Positions 12,906 to 26,016 of a stretch of DNA of 64,000 nt are shown here, piece by piece. Each line of letters starts with the position of its first letter. Positions within the stretch are counted from its first letter, which is position 1. Source of the stretch: Mobula hypostoma (taxonomy: Eukaryota); NCBI RefSeq assembly GCF_963921235.1, contig NC_086097.1, forward strand, positions 146,446,001-146,510,000, written 5' to 3'. Under the pieces are notes generated by a model. The model was given only the letters and a program-made list of their open reading frames with translations, ran no database searches and was not told the origin of the DNA. A program made the translations under genes and the position numbers.

Positions 12906-14139
12906 CAGTTGGTGGGGTCTTGTTGAAGGTGGCGGAAGTAGCGGAGGATAATGTGCTGGATCCAGAGGCTGGTGGGGTGGTAGGTGAGGACAAGGGGAAC
13001 TCTGTCCCTGTTGTGGTGGTGGGAGGATGGGGTGAGGGCCGAAGTGCGGGAAATGGAGGAGTTGCGGGTGAGGGCATCATTGATGATGGTAGAAGGGAAA
13101 CCACGATCCTTAAAGAAAGAGGACATTTGAGATGTCCTAGAACAGAAAGTCTCATCCTTGGAGCAGATGCCGTGGAGACGGAGGAACTGGGAATAGGGAA
13201 TGGCACCAGCCTCCACCCCACCAGCATCCGGATCCAGTACATTATCCTCTGCAACTTCCGCCACTTTCAACAGGACCCCACCACTAAGCACATCGTTCCC
13301 TCTCCACCCCTCTCCGCTTTCCGCAGGGATCTGTCCCTCCCCACGGATCTCCCACCTGGCACTTATCCCTGTAAGCGTAATTGCTACACCTGTCCCTACA
13401 CCTCCTCTCTTGCCACCATTCAGGGCCCCAAACAGTCCTTCCAGGTGAGGCAACACTTCACTTGTGAGTCTGTTGGGGTCATCTGTTGCATTCGGTGCTC
13501 CCAGTGCGGTCTCCCCTACATTGGTGAAACCCAACGCAGATTGGGGGACCACTTCGTCGAGCATCTCCGCTCCGTCCGCCAAAACAGACAGGATCTCCCG
13601 GTAGCCACCCACTTCAGCTCTGCTTCCCATTCCCATTCAGATATGTCCATACGTGACCTCCTCTACTGCCATGATGAGGCTAAACTCAGGTTGGAGGAGC
13701 AACACCTCATATACCATCGAGGTAGTCTCCAGCCCCTTGGTATGAACATAGAATTCCCCAACTTCCGGTAATTTCCTCCCCCTCCTTTCCTCTATCCCTA
13801 TGTCACTCTGCCCCCTCCCCCAGCTGCCTATCACCTCCCTCATGGTTCTGCCTCCTTCTACTACCCATTGTTTTCCTGCCTATCACCTTGCTGCTTCCCC
13901 TCCCCCACCCCTTTGTCTTTCAGATTACTGGGTTTTCAACTGAACCTACCAGACTTCTCCTTCCAACCCTCCCCCACCTTCTTTATAGGGCCTCTGCCCC
14001 TTCTCTCTTCAGTCCTGACGAAGGGTTCCGGCCCGAAACGTCGACTCATTGTTTCCACGGATGCTGCCTGACCTGCTGAGTTCCTCCAGTGTGTTGTGAG
14101 TGTTGCTTTGATCCCAGTATCTGCAGATTATTTTGTGTT
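12906..14139 (+). mobile_element. Penelope-like element (GIY-YIG with Cys-rich linker) with inverted 5' segment
   Basis: Plus 13213-13771: GTYPCKRNCYTC...CIRCSQCGLPYIGETQRRLGDHFVEH...PVATHF...LQPLGMNIEF; minus 13204-12906: AIPYSQFLRLHGICS...FFKDRGFP (RT thumb); pyrimidine-rich 3' UTR. Confidence 0.92.
14011..14046 (+). ncRNA. Minimal type-I hammerhead ribozyme motif
   Basis: AGTC-CTGACGA-A-GGG TTCCGG CCC-GAAA-CGTC-GACT: core boxes intact, stem I AGTC/GACT, stem II GGG/CCC, palindromic ACGT in place of stem III, predicted cut after GUC at 14042. Confidence 0.7.
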
Positions 14140-15950
14140 CAGTGACTCAAAGCAGTCCTGTAAGCACTCCTCCACCTTACTTGACCATACCTTCTTGGTC
14201 TTCACCAGTAGTGCTGTGTTCTTTAGTCTCTGTAGTCTCTGCTAGGAGTAGAAGTACAGCCAGGTGGTTGGACTTTCCAAAGAGTTAGCATGGGATGTCA
14301 CGGTAAGCATTTTTGACGATGATATAACAGTGATCAAGTGTATTGGCTCCTCTGGGTCCATAGGCGATATATTAGTAGATGTTCGGTGACTTCTTCAAGC
14401 TAGCCTGGCAAGAAGTGGGAATGAATGGGAAGGCATCAAGGTGTACTGTTTCATGCCTGTTGATTATGGAGCTCAGTTCCTCCAGTGCCTCCTTGATGTT
14501 TGCCTGAGGTGGACTGTACACCGCCACCAGGATGATGGCGGAGAACTCTGTGGCAGATAAAAAAGAGGATGTTTGACCACTAGATGTTCCAGGTTGGGTG
14601 AGCAGAACTGCCATGTCAGTGCACTACAAGGGGTTCAAAGTTTCCAAGATTTAAAGTACATTATACAGAATACTACTCTTGAGATTCATCCGCCCACAGG
14701 CAGTCACAAAACAAAGAAGCACCATGGTACCCGTTCAAGAAAATATCAACCATCCAACGCGTGAAAAATGAACAAATTGTGCTAATGGCAAAAAGTGGGT
14801 GAAAAACACATACACTATCAAACCAGGAGTCCAATAGTACCGTCTCGTTCAGTTCAGCACAGTGCTGCTGGCCAATTGCAGGCCAGAGAGCCATTCTTCA
14901 CCGGAGCACCCCAGTCCACATTGAATGCTCGGATCAAAAACAGCAAAGCAAGGAGGAACCAGAATCCAGAAACACATGCAAGGTGAACCTCAAAGTCCCC
15001 CAAAACAAACCACAGCCACAAGCCTCACCAATTAGTCCTTGCAGCATGGATCCCAAGACTCCTGCACTTCCCTCTGACAGCAGCTAGCAAGAGGGATAGG
15101 AAGACCTGTCAAGTGCAGGCAGGCGGCACCGAACACACGCCCATCCTCTGCTCTTATCTTTGTCGACTTCAACCTTGCTCGACGCCTCTTTTGGAGAGAA
15201 ATATGGAACCAAACATCAGCTCATGCCCCTTCTCCAGGCCACCCACTCCGCTTTCAACCTCACCAAACTCTCTCAGAGACAGTACGGTGCCAGAATGCTT
15301 AATCAGTGCAACACCACACCATCAAAATGTAAATCATAGGTTCTAGTTGCATACAGCTTAATACTAGAATCATATCTGAAAGTAGCTAAAGAATTAGTTT
15401 TGTGAACAGTCTGCAGTACGTCACCGTTAGTTGTGTTGTTCGTTGGCACCATCAATCATAAAACCTACTCCGCCTATGGAAGACTGAGCGGTCCTGTCTT
15501 CATGCAGAATGATGAAGCCATTGGGCTACAACACTGTGTCTGAAATGGCAGGGGACAGCCATGATTCCATGAAGCAAAGTACACAGCAATCCCTCATGTC
15601 CCTCTGGTAAACCAATCTTGCTCTTGGGTCCTCAATTTTATTTTAAGAGACTGTACATTCACTAGCAGGAGTCAAGAGTGGTGGTATAAGAACTTGGTAT
15701 TTCCAATTGTACCTGTAAACCAGCGCGCCATCCCCCTACTGTTTTCTTAAAGGGGAGCTGCTCTCGTGACACAAGTCTCCCTTCCAGGGTCCGCTGATAT
15801 CACTGCAATTGAGTATCAATAGTTTTTTCAGATGTTTTAAATACCCATGCTTGTGACTGTGAATTTCAGCTGTAGTCGTTCTGATTCGAATGTTTGATGA
15901 TTCCTATTAAAGCCGCACGCAGAGTTGCCACTTATCAGCGCCACCTTAAC
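14140..15950 (-). mobile_element. L2/Rex-type LINE 5' part (APE endonuclease), decayed, with nested insertion
   Basis: EFSAIILVAVYSPPQANIKEALEEL; LDHCISS-like motif; AAGGTGGCGC 5'-end-like motif near 15948. Confidence 0.7.
14635..15453 (-). mobile_element. Non-coding LINE-derived element, copy 2
   Basis: Colinear with 2722-3564 (e.g. GAGATTCATC, CACCATGG, AAATGTAAATCAYAGGTTC); splits the endonuclease remnant. Confidence 0.6.
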
Positions 15951-16444
15951 CTACAAAGTTAAATTAACAAAATTTTAAAGCCATTTAGACAAGTAACAAG
16001 TGGGAGACTTTTAGAGGACTGCAAGCCAAATGCAGGCAGAAGGTACAAGCTGATTGCTGATATGGACGAAATTGGACTGAAAGGCCTGGTTCCATGATCT
16101 ATAACACAAAGCCACAAACTCTTTGTGCAATATTTTTTTCTCTCTGACACTTCGTGGAATGTCTTTTGTTAATTCAGTTTTGTACTTCCATTGGCCCCCT
16201 TTCATTCATCCTCACAAACACAACTTCCCTTTGACAAAACCATAAGTAAATTTTTTTTAAAACGTCTTCCATGTGAATTTGATTTACTATACAAGGCAGT
16301 GTTATGATAACAATCATTAGAAATTGATAAACAAACTTCCGCAAAGTGTTTATTGGTGTTTCGAAAAAAGGAAAACAAAAATTGTGTAAAAAAGTGATTT
16401 TATTAATAATGCATAAAACCATAGCAAAAAAATTGAACAAATAA

Positions 16445-16550
16445 CATCAACCGTATTCTTTTCCATAGATGCTGCCTGGCCTGCTGAGTGCTTCCAGCAT
16501 TTTGTGTGTGTTGCTTGGATTTCCAGCATCTGCAGATTTTCTCTTGCTTG
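16445..16550 (+). mobile_element. Short Penelope-3'-derived element lacking most of the hammerhead
   Basis: 11-bp TSD TGAACAAATAA at 16434-16444 and 16551-16561; family body sequence. Confidence 0.8.
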
Positions 16551-17342
16551 TGAACAAATAAATGTGCAGGTTAAAAGTTATACCCACAGTGTCAAAAGGA
16601 AAAAGCCTACTTTCTATTGCATTTTCTAAAATGCAGATGAAATTATTAATGTTCCAACTATTGACTACAAATTCTCTGTCAGATAGCAAGCTCTCATTCA
16701 CTGATATGGACACCATTAGTGAAGGTAGTTTTCACCTCATTTCTAGTTGCCCTCGGAAGTATTGACAGGAGCTTGATACAACTGAATAGTTAAATAAATC
16801 ACTTCAGAAAGCAGTTTGGAATCAACAATAATGGTTTGGAACTGGTATAACAAATAGGCCATTGAACAAGGATGGTAGATTTTATACTCCACAAAACATT
16901 ATGGTTTTCCATAATGCCTTAAAGCTAACCTTTAACGAATTTTCAAGCCAATCAGCAAATTTTCCACATAAGCCTCTTCTTTCCCTTCTTCGTTTACTAA
17001 TTCAACATTTTCTCCTCCTCTTCGCAGCTCCTGTGTTCATGTAATTTCCACTTCAATGAAGTGCACACCTCAACGATACACATTACGCAATGTGGAAAAA
17101 TATTTCACAGATTCAACTGTTGAAATTATTAGTGAATGTCTTTTGTTTATGGCCTCCCATCTTGGAATTCTTGCGAAAAGTGGAAATGGTTTAATGTCTA
17201 CTTTAATTAAGTCTTTTTTTTACAAATTTAAGTGCTTCTTCCCTTGGTCGCATTTGTAGAAAATAAACAAATTTTGAACTCTCACTCCCTGGATTGTTAC
17301 TCTAGAATAGCCTATTAATACAATCATTAGAGAATGTATGTA

Positions 17343-17348
17343 TTTATT
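17343..17348 (-). terminator. Candidate MYD88 polyadenylation signal
   Basis: AATAAA on the minus strand about 700 nt after the stop; further candidates at 16399-16404 and 16349-16354. Confidence 0.35.
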
Positions 17349-18039
17349 CCAAACTAAATGGATATTATTTGCCACTTTATGCAATTTGTGATATCAGTTA
17401 GGAGTACATGTGCCACTTTGAAAGAAGATCATCATTTGACATCAGGTCAATTTTTAACCTGAAGTCTGAAGAACTTGCAACAAATAACAATTGTACTACC
17501 TTGTCTGCAACTGTATTGCTTGAATTTTCAGTAACCATGGGGACTATATGGCTACCTTCAATAAAGCCAACATTTTAGATTGTGAAGTAATTTATAATGT
17601 AAGTTATCACAAAATAACTAGCCACTATCTTCTCATGGGTTGGAAGAGGTAAAAGAAAGAAGCAGGTGCTCTATTTTGAGCCCGTGAAAACACAATTGGT
17701 CAAATAGAATATCTAATCTAATTACAGGCTTTTCGGTTGCTTGATTTAAAGGCACAGATATGGTGTTTGATGTTTCCATGTGGCAGTTCACAGTTTGCAT
17801 TTCCTGTGCAACATGTTCTAAACCATTATTATACTTGCTCCAAAACTTCCTTTCATTTAAATTAAATCTGGCCCCTGGATGAAAGGTATTCAGTTATTTT
17901 AACACTGAAGAAAGCATAAAGTAGTTAATATAACAGAGCCAGTCCTTGAGTATAGTTCACTGAGTGATCTTATTGTAGAATCCCCATACAATTTTTACTC
18001 CAATCAACTTGAGTGGTTTCATTCCTTGTCTAGGCACTC

Positions 18040-18240
<201 letters not shown>

Positions 18241-18952
18241 CTACATCCAGTCGACTACCTTACTTCTCCACTTATCTTCACTTAAGACTATACCTTAGAT
18301 AGAATTTGAATTACAGCAAGTCTGCAGAAAATGCAAACCAGAAACCAGCTTTTATCCAGCACCACACTGAAAATGCCAGAGGAACTCAAGCAATTGAAAT
18401 GGGTAGCAATTCGGGAAATCCCGCCTTTTGGGCAGACAGAGCAATGGAGCTTCACGAAGCAGTCCCAGCACACTCAGAATCTCTGCCTGAAATTGGTTCA
18501 ATGCTGAGCACACATATCCAGAATCAGCTCTGTATGGTTTGGTTCAGTGATATACCCTGTAGAGTACCAAGGAGGTAGCTAGTAAGCTGCTTTACTCCCT
18601 GCCACACCTTGTTGTTTGCATGGCTCTACTGCTTCCACGAAGATGCATTTTTGCCATAACTGCTATGGAAATCGGAAAGGCTTCCCAAGGCATCATTCAA
18701 TGACGGAATGGAGGAGAGTGCCTATGCACTCACAAGTGAAAAACAGAAAAACTTTGTGGTAAATATCACTTCTTAAAAAATAAAACAGTATTCAATTAGA
18801 GAAAAATTGAGAAGCTCCAAGGTTGAAGCAAGAGATCAAATGTTGAACAACCCAGTGAAAAAGATGAATTGGGGTGAAATTCGTAAAGGGAAGATGGAAA
18901 AGTTAATAACACAGCACACAAAAGAAATGAGTTGATGATAATATATAATTTA

Positions 18953-19120
<168 letters not shown>

Positions 19121-19344
19121 CTAGTATTTAATTTTAGTATTTTAGTCATTACCTCGAACTTCCTTCCCTGTCTGATGTCAATTTCAAGTAGGAAAAGTTC
19201 CCCACAAATGTAATCAATTATAAAAAGATTATTTGTTATAGATCACTGGAGTCCACAGATAAAATATAATTACTGGCAAAATGTGATGAGGTGGCCTGGA
19301 ATAGAAGTGAGGGCAATCCTCACCCTGAAGTCATCATCCGAACA

Positions 19345-20010
19345 CAGTGGTGTCAGAAAAAAAACACCTCTCCCTCAATGTCTCCAAAACAAAGGAGCTG
19401 GTTGTGGACTACAGGTAGAATGGAGACAAGGTTAACCCCTGTTGACGTCAATGGATCTGGAGTTGAGAGGGTGACGGCTTTAAGTTCCTTGGCATACATA
19501 TCACCGAGGACCTCAACTGGTCTGTACATACCAGCTGTGTGGTGCAACAGCGCCTCTTTCACCTCAGATGGTTGAAGATGTTCAGCATGAGTGCCCAAAT
19601 CTTAAGGACTTTCTACAGGTGCACAATTTAGAGCATCCTGACTGCCTGTACCACTGCCTAATATAGGAAATGTACTTCCCTCAATCGCAGGACTCTGCAG
19701 AGAGTGGTGCGGACAGCCCAGCACATCTGTGGATGTGAACTTCCCACAGTTCAGGACATTTGCAGTGACAGGTGCGTAAAAAGGACCCAGAGGATCACTG
19801 GGGACCCAAGTCATCCCAACCATGAACAGGCCATCAGACTGACAATTGTATTTCTCAGCTATATTGACTGTTCTGTTGTACATCTTACTATACATACTAT
19901 TTATTACAAATTACTATAATTTGCACAGTGCACATTCAGACAGAGACGTAACATAAAGATTTTTACTCCTCATGTATGTGAAGGATGTAAGAAATAAAGT
20001 CAATTCAATC
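19345..20010 (+). mobile_element. L2/Rex-type LINE 3' fragment in MYD88 intron 3
   Basis: LSLNVSKTKELVVDYR and VRTAQHICGCELP motifs; AATAAAGTCAATTCAAT tail. Confidence 0.85.
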
Positions 20011-20883
20011 AAAACATTTCAACATGCAAAAATGAGGAAGTAAGTGACCATTCTAATTCATCTTTTCAGTACTCATCCTTGGCATCAATCCATGCTAAAA
20101 AAGCTCTCAATATTGATTACTAACACATTTTCTTAATTGAACGAACATATTTATCACGGTTATGGAAATGTACTTTCAGATCTCAATCCACCATTCAAAA
20201 ATATTTCAGTTTGACTTCCTAGTGCTTGAATCACATCCCACAAATGACTCAGCGAACTTTTCTGGCTGAGGCACTCTGAGTGCTTCCAATTTCAATCTTT
20301 GAAACTCTGTTGCATTTATTGCTTACAAGATGAAATATCTAGGGAGAATATATTCGACTGGGGTGAAAAAGACATATTAACTCTGGGTTCTGCTCCTCAT
20401 TGCTACTCAATGATCTGTGCAGAGGAACCTGAATTATGTTAGCAGATGATCTTCCTTGATTTTGAGCTTCCTGCCAAGCCATGTTGTTAAGATATACTTA
20501 TGAATAAGAATTCTGAGTAGGGTATCAGAAAAGATTCCAACATATTTTAATTTCAGAACAATGCTGTACGAAGCCTAAGAAGACATAATATCCAGGAGGT
20601 ATTGCATGCTTGGGAAGACATGGTGTCATGTGTCTTCCTAAGGTTTTAAATGTTGGAAGGCTGGGATCCAGACCTTGTGTCTGGATCTGTTGTAGTCTAG
20701 TAAATGGGGACTAATTGCTAATGATTGGTTAACAATTTCATTTGCGATGGACCATCTGATTAGGAAGGTTAATAGAAGGGAAAGATGGGCCTGAATGCCT
20801 CAATCTCAAGAAACATAGTGAACAACTCTCCTTATTCCCCATGGCAAACTACTGACACACTAAATTCTCTGTTAATGTGGTCA

Positions 20884-21135
<252 letters not shown>

Positions 21136-21194
21136 TTATTAATCCATCACCTGGTACATGCATATCCTACAGCTCTGAAAGAATTCCTCCGCTA

Positions 21195-21400
21195 ATAGTT
21201 TTCCCTCACCTGATATCACCTATCACTTGCCAGCTTGTACTCCTTCCCCTCCCCCACTTGCTTATTCTGGCTTCTTCCCCCTTCCTTTCAAGTTCCCATG
21301 CAGGGTCTTGGCGATGTGTCAACTGTTTGTTTCTCTCTGTCCTGTTGAGTTCCCCCAGCACTTCTGTATGTGTTGCTCTGGGTTTCCAGTATTTACAGAA
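21195..21400 (+). mobile_element. Decayed Penelope 3' UTR / short element in intron 2
   Basis: Pyrimidine-rich TCACCTATCAC...CCCTCCCCCAC then CTGTTGAGTTCCCCCAGCAC...GTGTTGCTCTG, similar to 13870-14139. Confidence 0.6.
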
Positions 21401-21419
21401 TAGATTGTGCTTCACATTT

Positions 21420-21920
21420 CAGTCATACAGGTCCTTCAGCCCAACTTGTCCATGCCGACTTAGGTGCCTTCCTGAGCTCATTCCATTTGACTTCATCAGG
21501 CCCATTTTCTTCTCAACCTTTCCGATCCAAAAACCTCCCTAAATGTTTTAAATGTTGTAATTCTACCCATCTCTACCACTTCTTCTAGCAGCTACCCGCC
21601 ACCCTCTCTATGAAATATGTTTTATTCAGCTCCCTTGTAAATTTTACCCCTCTCACCTTTAACCTATGCCCTTTAGCTTTAGAGTACTCTACCCCAGGGG
21701 GAGGGGAACTACCTTTCCACATAACCTATGGTACCCATAATTTTATAAATCTCTACAAGGTCACCCCTCAGCATCCTTCAAGAGAAATGGTCCCAGTTTA
21801 TCCAGTATTCAAGCCCTTCAGTCCTGGCAAACATCCTTGTGATTATTTTCTGTATCGTGTAACTTAATCATATCCTTCCTATAGTATAGTGACCAAAACT
21901 GCACATAGTATTCCAATGAT
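21420..21920 (-). mobile_element. Decayed CR1 3' fragment in intron 2
   Basis: Reverse CR1 hallmarks: ACAGGTCCTTCAGCCCAAC and ATCCTTCCTATAGT...GACCAAAACTGCACA. Confidence 0.7.
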
Positions 21921-23143
21921 GCACTAACCCTTGTAGTCAATGCATCTGCTGTGGATCAACTGATTAATTACTAGCTATAGTCAACAACTCCAGCAATATT
22001 GGGTCCTTCCAGCTACCAAGAAGTAGTTGGGAAACCAGATAGATTCCATTTTTTTCAAGTAAGTGCTGACCATTAAAATGAAGGACAGCTGAAATTTTAC
22101 CACGCACAAAACCTATTATTTTGATTAGATGATTTTACACTATGTTACCTCTCGCTATCTTTGTAAACAAAGGAAAAGCTGAATCCCTTTCATCAGATGG
22201 CTTCCTATTGATCAGGTGGAAATACTGAATTTACCTTTAGGTTTTATGTATGACATAGACAGCAGAAATGAGCTAGCTGTATTATATTTTCAGAGGTGCA
22301 TCACTATAGCCAAGAAAATAAAATCCTAAATTTGAAGCATTAGACCATTATGTTTCTCTGTAAATATGTTTACATTGCTTTAGTTCTCTGCTTTGGACCA
22401 ATAGTTGCATGTTATTACATAAAATACACATGATAGCAAGGTTATCATTTCACGTTCATCCTCAATATACTTCATAACTTACAGTCTGATTTAATTTTGT
22501 CTAAACAAGCTAAAACAAATTAACTTTTTGAAATGATTCTTCACTATCTCATAAACCCAACAGAGTTAGTAATTATTATGAAATTTCTCCATCATTGTCC
22601 AAAACCTTTTCTCATAATAGTTATTTAGCTTTTAGTTAGGAAGCAGGTCTATATTTCCACGTAACATCAAAAGCGGTCATTTCAGTCCGTTTTGTCTTTG
22701 CTGGTTCAGAGAGCAATATTATTCTCCCACTCAGTTTTCCTGTGATTTATTCTTCCCATTTTTCATCAAGTCCCTTCAGCTTTTAACCACCTATCTATAT
22801 GTAAGGTGCAATTTATAGTGGCTAATTTTATCTACACCTGGCATGTCTTAGAAATATTGCTATGTGATTCATATATTTGGTTCAATCCTACGGTTGAAAC
22901 ACAGCCAAAGGAAGAATGTACGAACTTCACTCAAACAGTACCAGAGTTATGAAATTATCTCAGGTGCATCATAGTACTGTCCTCAGCTGCAATCAAGGCC
23001 ATACATTAGGGTTATAGCCAAGAATATTTATTTTTAAAACTCATCCTTGGATGCTTAGATCTTTAAACGGAAGGAAGAACAATCCTCGCTGTGACAAATA
23101 TTAACAGCGTTACTTTGTTCTCCTGTAAGAAAAATGATCTTAC

Positions 23144-23230
23144 CTGAAGTACCACATGTGCTCTTTGGGCCACTACTATCCACTGATGGCACCTGAACTG
23201 GTTTATTGAGGTGTTCTCTGCAGTACTTTT
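23144..23230 (-). CDS. MYD88: MyD88 coding exon 2 (intermediate domain)
   Basis: Acceptor TTTTACAG|, donor CAG|GTAAGA; 87 nt, phase 1-1; (E)KYCREHLNKPVQVPSVDSSGPKSTCGTS matches the KPLQVxxVDSS motif. Confidence 0.93.
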
Positions 23231-23489
23231 CTGTAAAACACAAATAAAGATGGATTATGATACTTAAACACTGATACAAATTTTTAGACTTAAATTCCCT
23301 TTATCTTTGAACCCAATTTTCTGCCAAGTGATCTTATTCTTCCAAATTTGTTTCACATATTACTCTGATCAAAATGATTTACCCTTCCAAGTTAAAAGAA
23401 AATAGCTGTTTGAGGGTTTTGTAATTATTTTTAAACTCAGACACTTCAGGGTTTTTCTTAAGAATAACACTTTAATATTTTAAGAGTTA

Positions 23490-24043
23490 ACAAGTAGGTC
23501 ACAATTGTTACAGCTATTCAAGATCTTGGTCAGACCCCACTTGGAGTACTGTGTTCAGTTCTGGTCACCTCACTACAGGAAAGATGTGGATACTATAGGA
23601 AGGGTGCAGAGGAGATTTACAGGGATGTTGCCTGGATTGGACAGTGTGCCTTAGGAGAATAGGTTGAGTGAACTTGGCCTTTTCTCCTGGGAGCAATGGA
23701 CGATGAGAGGTGTATAAGATGATGACAGCATTGATCGTGGCTTTTTCCCAGAGCTGAAATGGCTAACACGAGGGGGCATAGTTTTAACGTGCTTGGAAGC
23801 AGGTACAGAGGAGATGCCAGAGATAAGTTTTTCACACAGAGAGAGGTGGGTGCATGGAATGCACTGCCAGCAATGGTGGTGGAGCCAGATAGAACAGGGC
23901 CTTTTAAGAGATAGGTATACAGAACTTAGAAAAATAGTGCGCTATGCGGTAGGGTAATTATAGGCAGTTCCTAGAGTAGGTTACATGGTCAGCACAACAT
24001 TGTGGGCCAGAAATGTGCTGTAGGTTTCTATGTTCTATGTTCT
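23490..24043 (+). mobile_element. CR1 3' fragment in intron 1
   Basis: LVRPHLEYCVQFWSPHYRKDV; (TTCTATG)n tail. Confidence 0.88.
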
Positions 24044-25124
24044 AATTGGCTAAGTTTGCCTGGTTTCATCTGCTTATGGACTGTAGTTTATCACTTGGAC
24101 TCTTGCAATACCCCAACAGCTCTATTATCACTGTTACCTTCTTTTCCATTGCTATATTGGGATTCAAATTCACCATCTCCAGAACATTAATTTTAGATAA
24201 TGGGTACCACACTACATTTTAACTCTGTGGTACAGGTCTAGCTTTACTTTTGCTAAGTATCTTATCTCTTGCCATAGGGTTTCCTTAAAGTCATGTATAT
24301 TTAAAGAGGCATGGATAACCCAGTTCCTTATTACTTATGGGTCTTACAAGGATACTTGGGATCAGAATGTTACTCCTGTCTTTACGACCGTACAGCGGTT
24401 CTAACTCCCCTTCATATTTTGCTGGGTCATTATTTGTTTGGCAATATTCTCCAGCTCCAAGGGCAAGGTGACCCTTGATTATTGCCAATCTTTGAAAGGT
24501 CCTCCACGTGTAACGGTAGTATAATGCCTACAGTCAGCAGAGGTTTGATACCATTGTGAACTATTCAACATATCCAATCTTCAGTTGTCAGGAGGTGCAA
24601 TAAAACAAGCAGTAACAGATATCCACTGCATCAAACTAGATTCCCCAATAAGATATTAAAATGCTCAGGTAAAAACAAGTTTTTGTGTAATTTCTGCATT
24701 CCGGTATTAAGTGCCATCGAATTCAATCAGTAGTTTTATCAATTGTCAATCATGTGTTTCTAGGTTTGAGTTCTATTTCAAAAGGAATCATACAATCTGT
24801 AAACATTCATTCCACTGTGAGGCTGTTGCCTCAAAGACAAAGTTAAACATGATACCTAAATCAGCCACTAGGTTTTAATATTTTCTGTAGGGGAAAATAT
24901 TAAAACCAAGTTTGGTCTCACCTTCATTATATCATCTACACATTAAGACCCTCTATTACAAAGTGCAGGAATCCTGGCCTAATGTCTACGGCGGCTTCAA
25001 CAATTCTTTTTCTGCATTCAGGTATCCGTTCCTTATTGCCCAAAGTAATGTCTGTCAGTATGGTGATCAACCAGAAATGAGAATGAGCATGGAATAGCTC
25101 AGATATTAAAAGCACCAAGTCAAC

Positions 25125-26016
25125 TACTGCACAGAATTTTGTCATCTTCGGAAGTTTTCTGATGACTCTGCCATAGTTGGATGCATCAGCAAGGGAGATG
25201 AGGCTGAGTACAGGGCTACGGTAGGAAACTTTGTCACATGGTGTGAGCAGAATTATCTGCAGCTTAATGTGAAAAAAACTAAGGAGCTGGTGGTAGACCT
25301 GAGGAGGGCTAAGGCACCGGTGACCCCTGTTCCCATCAAGGGGGTCAGTGTGGACATGGTGGAGGATTACAAAATACCTGGGGATACGAACTGACAATAA
25401 ACTGGACTGGTCTAAGAACACTGAGGCTGTCTACAAGAAGGGTCAGAGTCGTCTCTATTTCTTGAGGAGACTGAGGTCCTTTAACATCTGTCGGACGATG
25501 CTGAAGATGTTCTACGAGTCTGTGGTGGCCAGTGCGATCATGTTTGCTGTTGTGTGCTGGGGCAGCAGGCTGAGGGTAGCAGACACCAACAGAATCAACA
25601 AACTCATTCGTAAGGCCCGTGATGATGTGGGGATGGAACGGGACTCTCTGATGGTGGTGTCTGAAAAGAGGATGCTGTCCAAGTTGCATGCCATCTTGGA
25701 CAATGTCTCCCATCCACTACATAATGGACTGGTTGGGCACAGGAGTACATTCAGCCAGAGACTCATTCCAACGAGATGCAACACAGAGCGTCATAGGAAG
25801 TCATTCCTGCCTGTGGCCATCAAACTTTACAACTCCTCCCTTGGAGGGTCAGACACCCTGAGCCAATAGGCTGGTCCTGGACTTATTTCCTGGCATAACT
25901 TAAATATTACTATTTAATTATTTATGGTTTTATTACTATCTAATTATTTATGGTGCAACTGTAATGAAAACCAATTTCCCCCGGGATCAATAAAGTATGA
26001 CTATGACTATGACTAT
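25125..26016 (+). mobile_element. Rex/Babar-type LINE 3' fragment, relatively well preserved
   Basis: KFSDDSAIVG; KKGQSRLYFLRRLRSFNIC...RKSFLPVAIKLYN; (GACTAT)n tail. Confidence 0.9.

Noticed and set aside
12806..13771. Longest ORF (321 aa) as a host gene or domesticated nuclease
   Set aside because: The N-terminal half is antisense Penelope RT sequence joined at an inversion; no promoter or splice evidence
16638..16724. Exon-like segment (TGCAG| ... G|GTAG) on the plus strand
   Set aside because: No recognisable protein similarity in any frame and no partner exon with a compatible phase
18306..18578. 90-aa plus-strand ORF antisense within MYD88 intron 4
   Set aside because: Non-ATG start, no motif, and a length expected by chance
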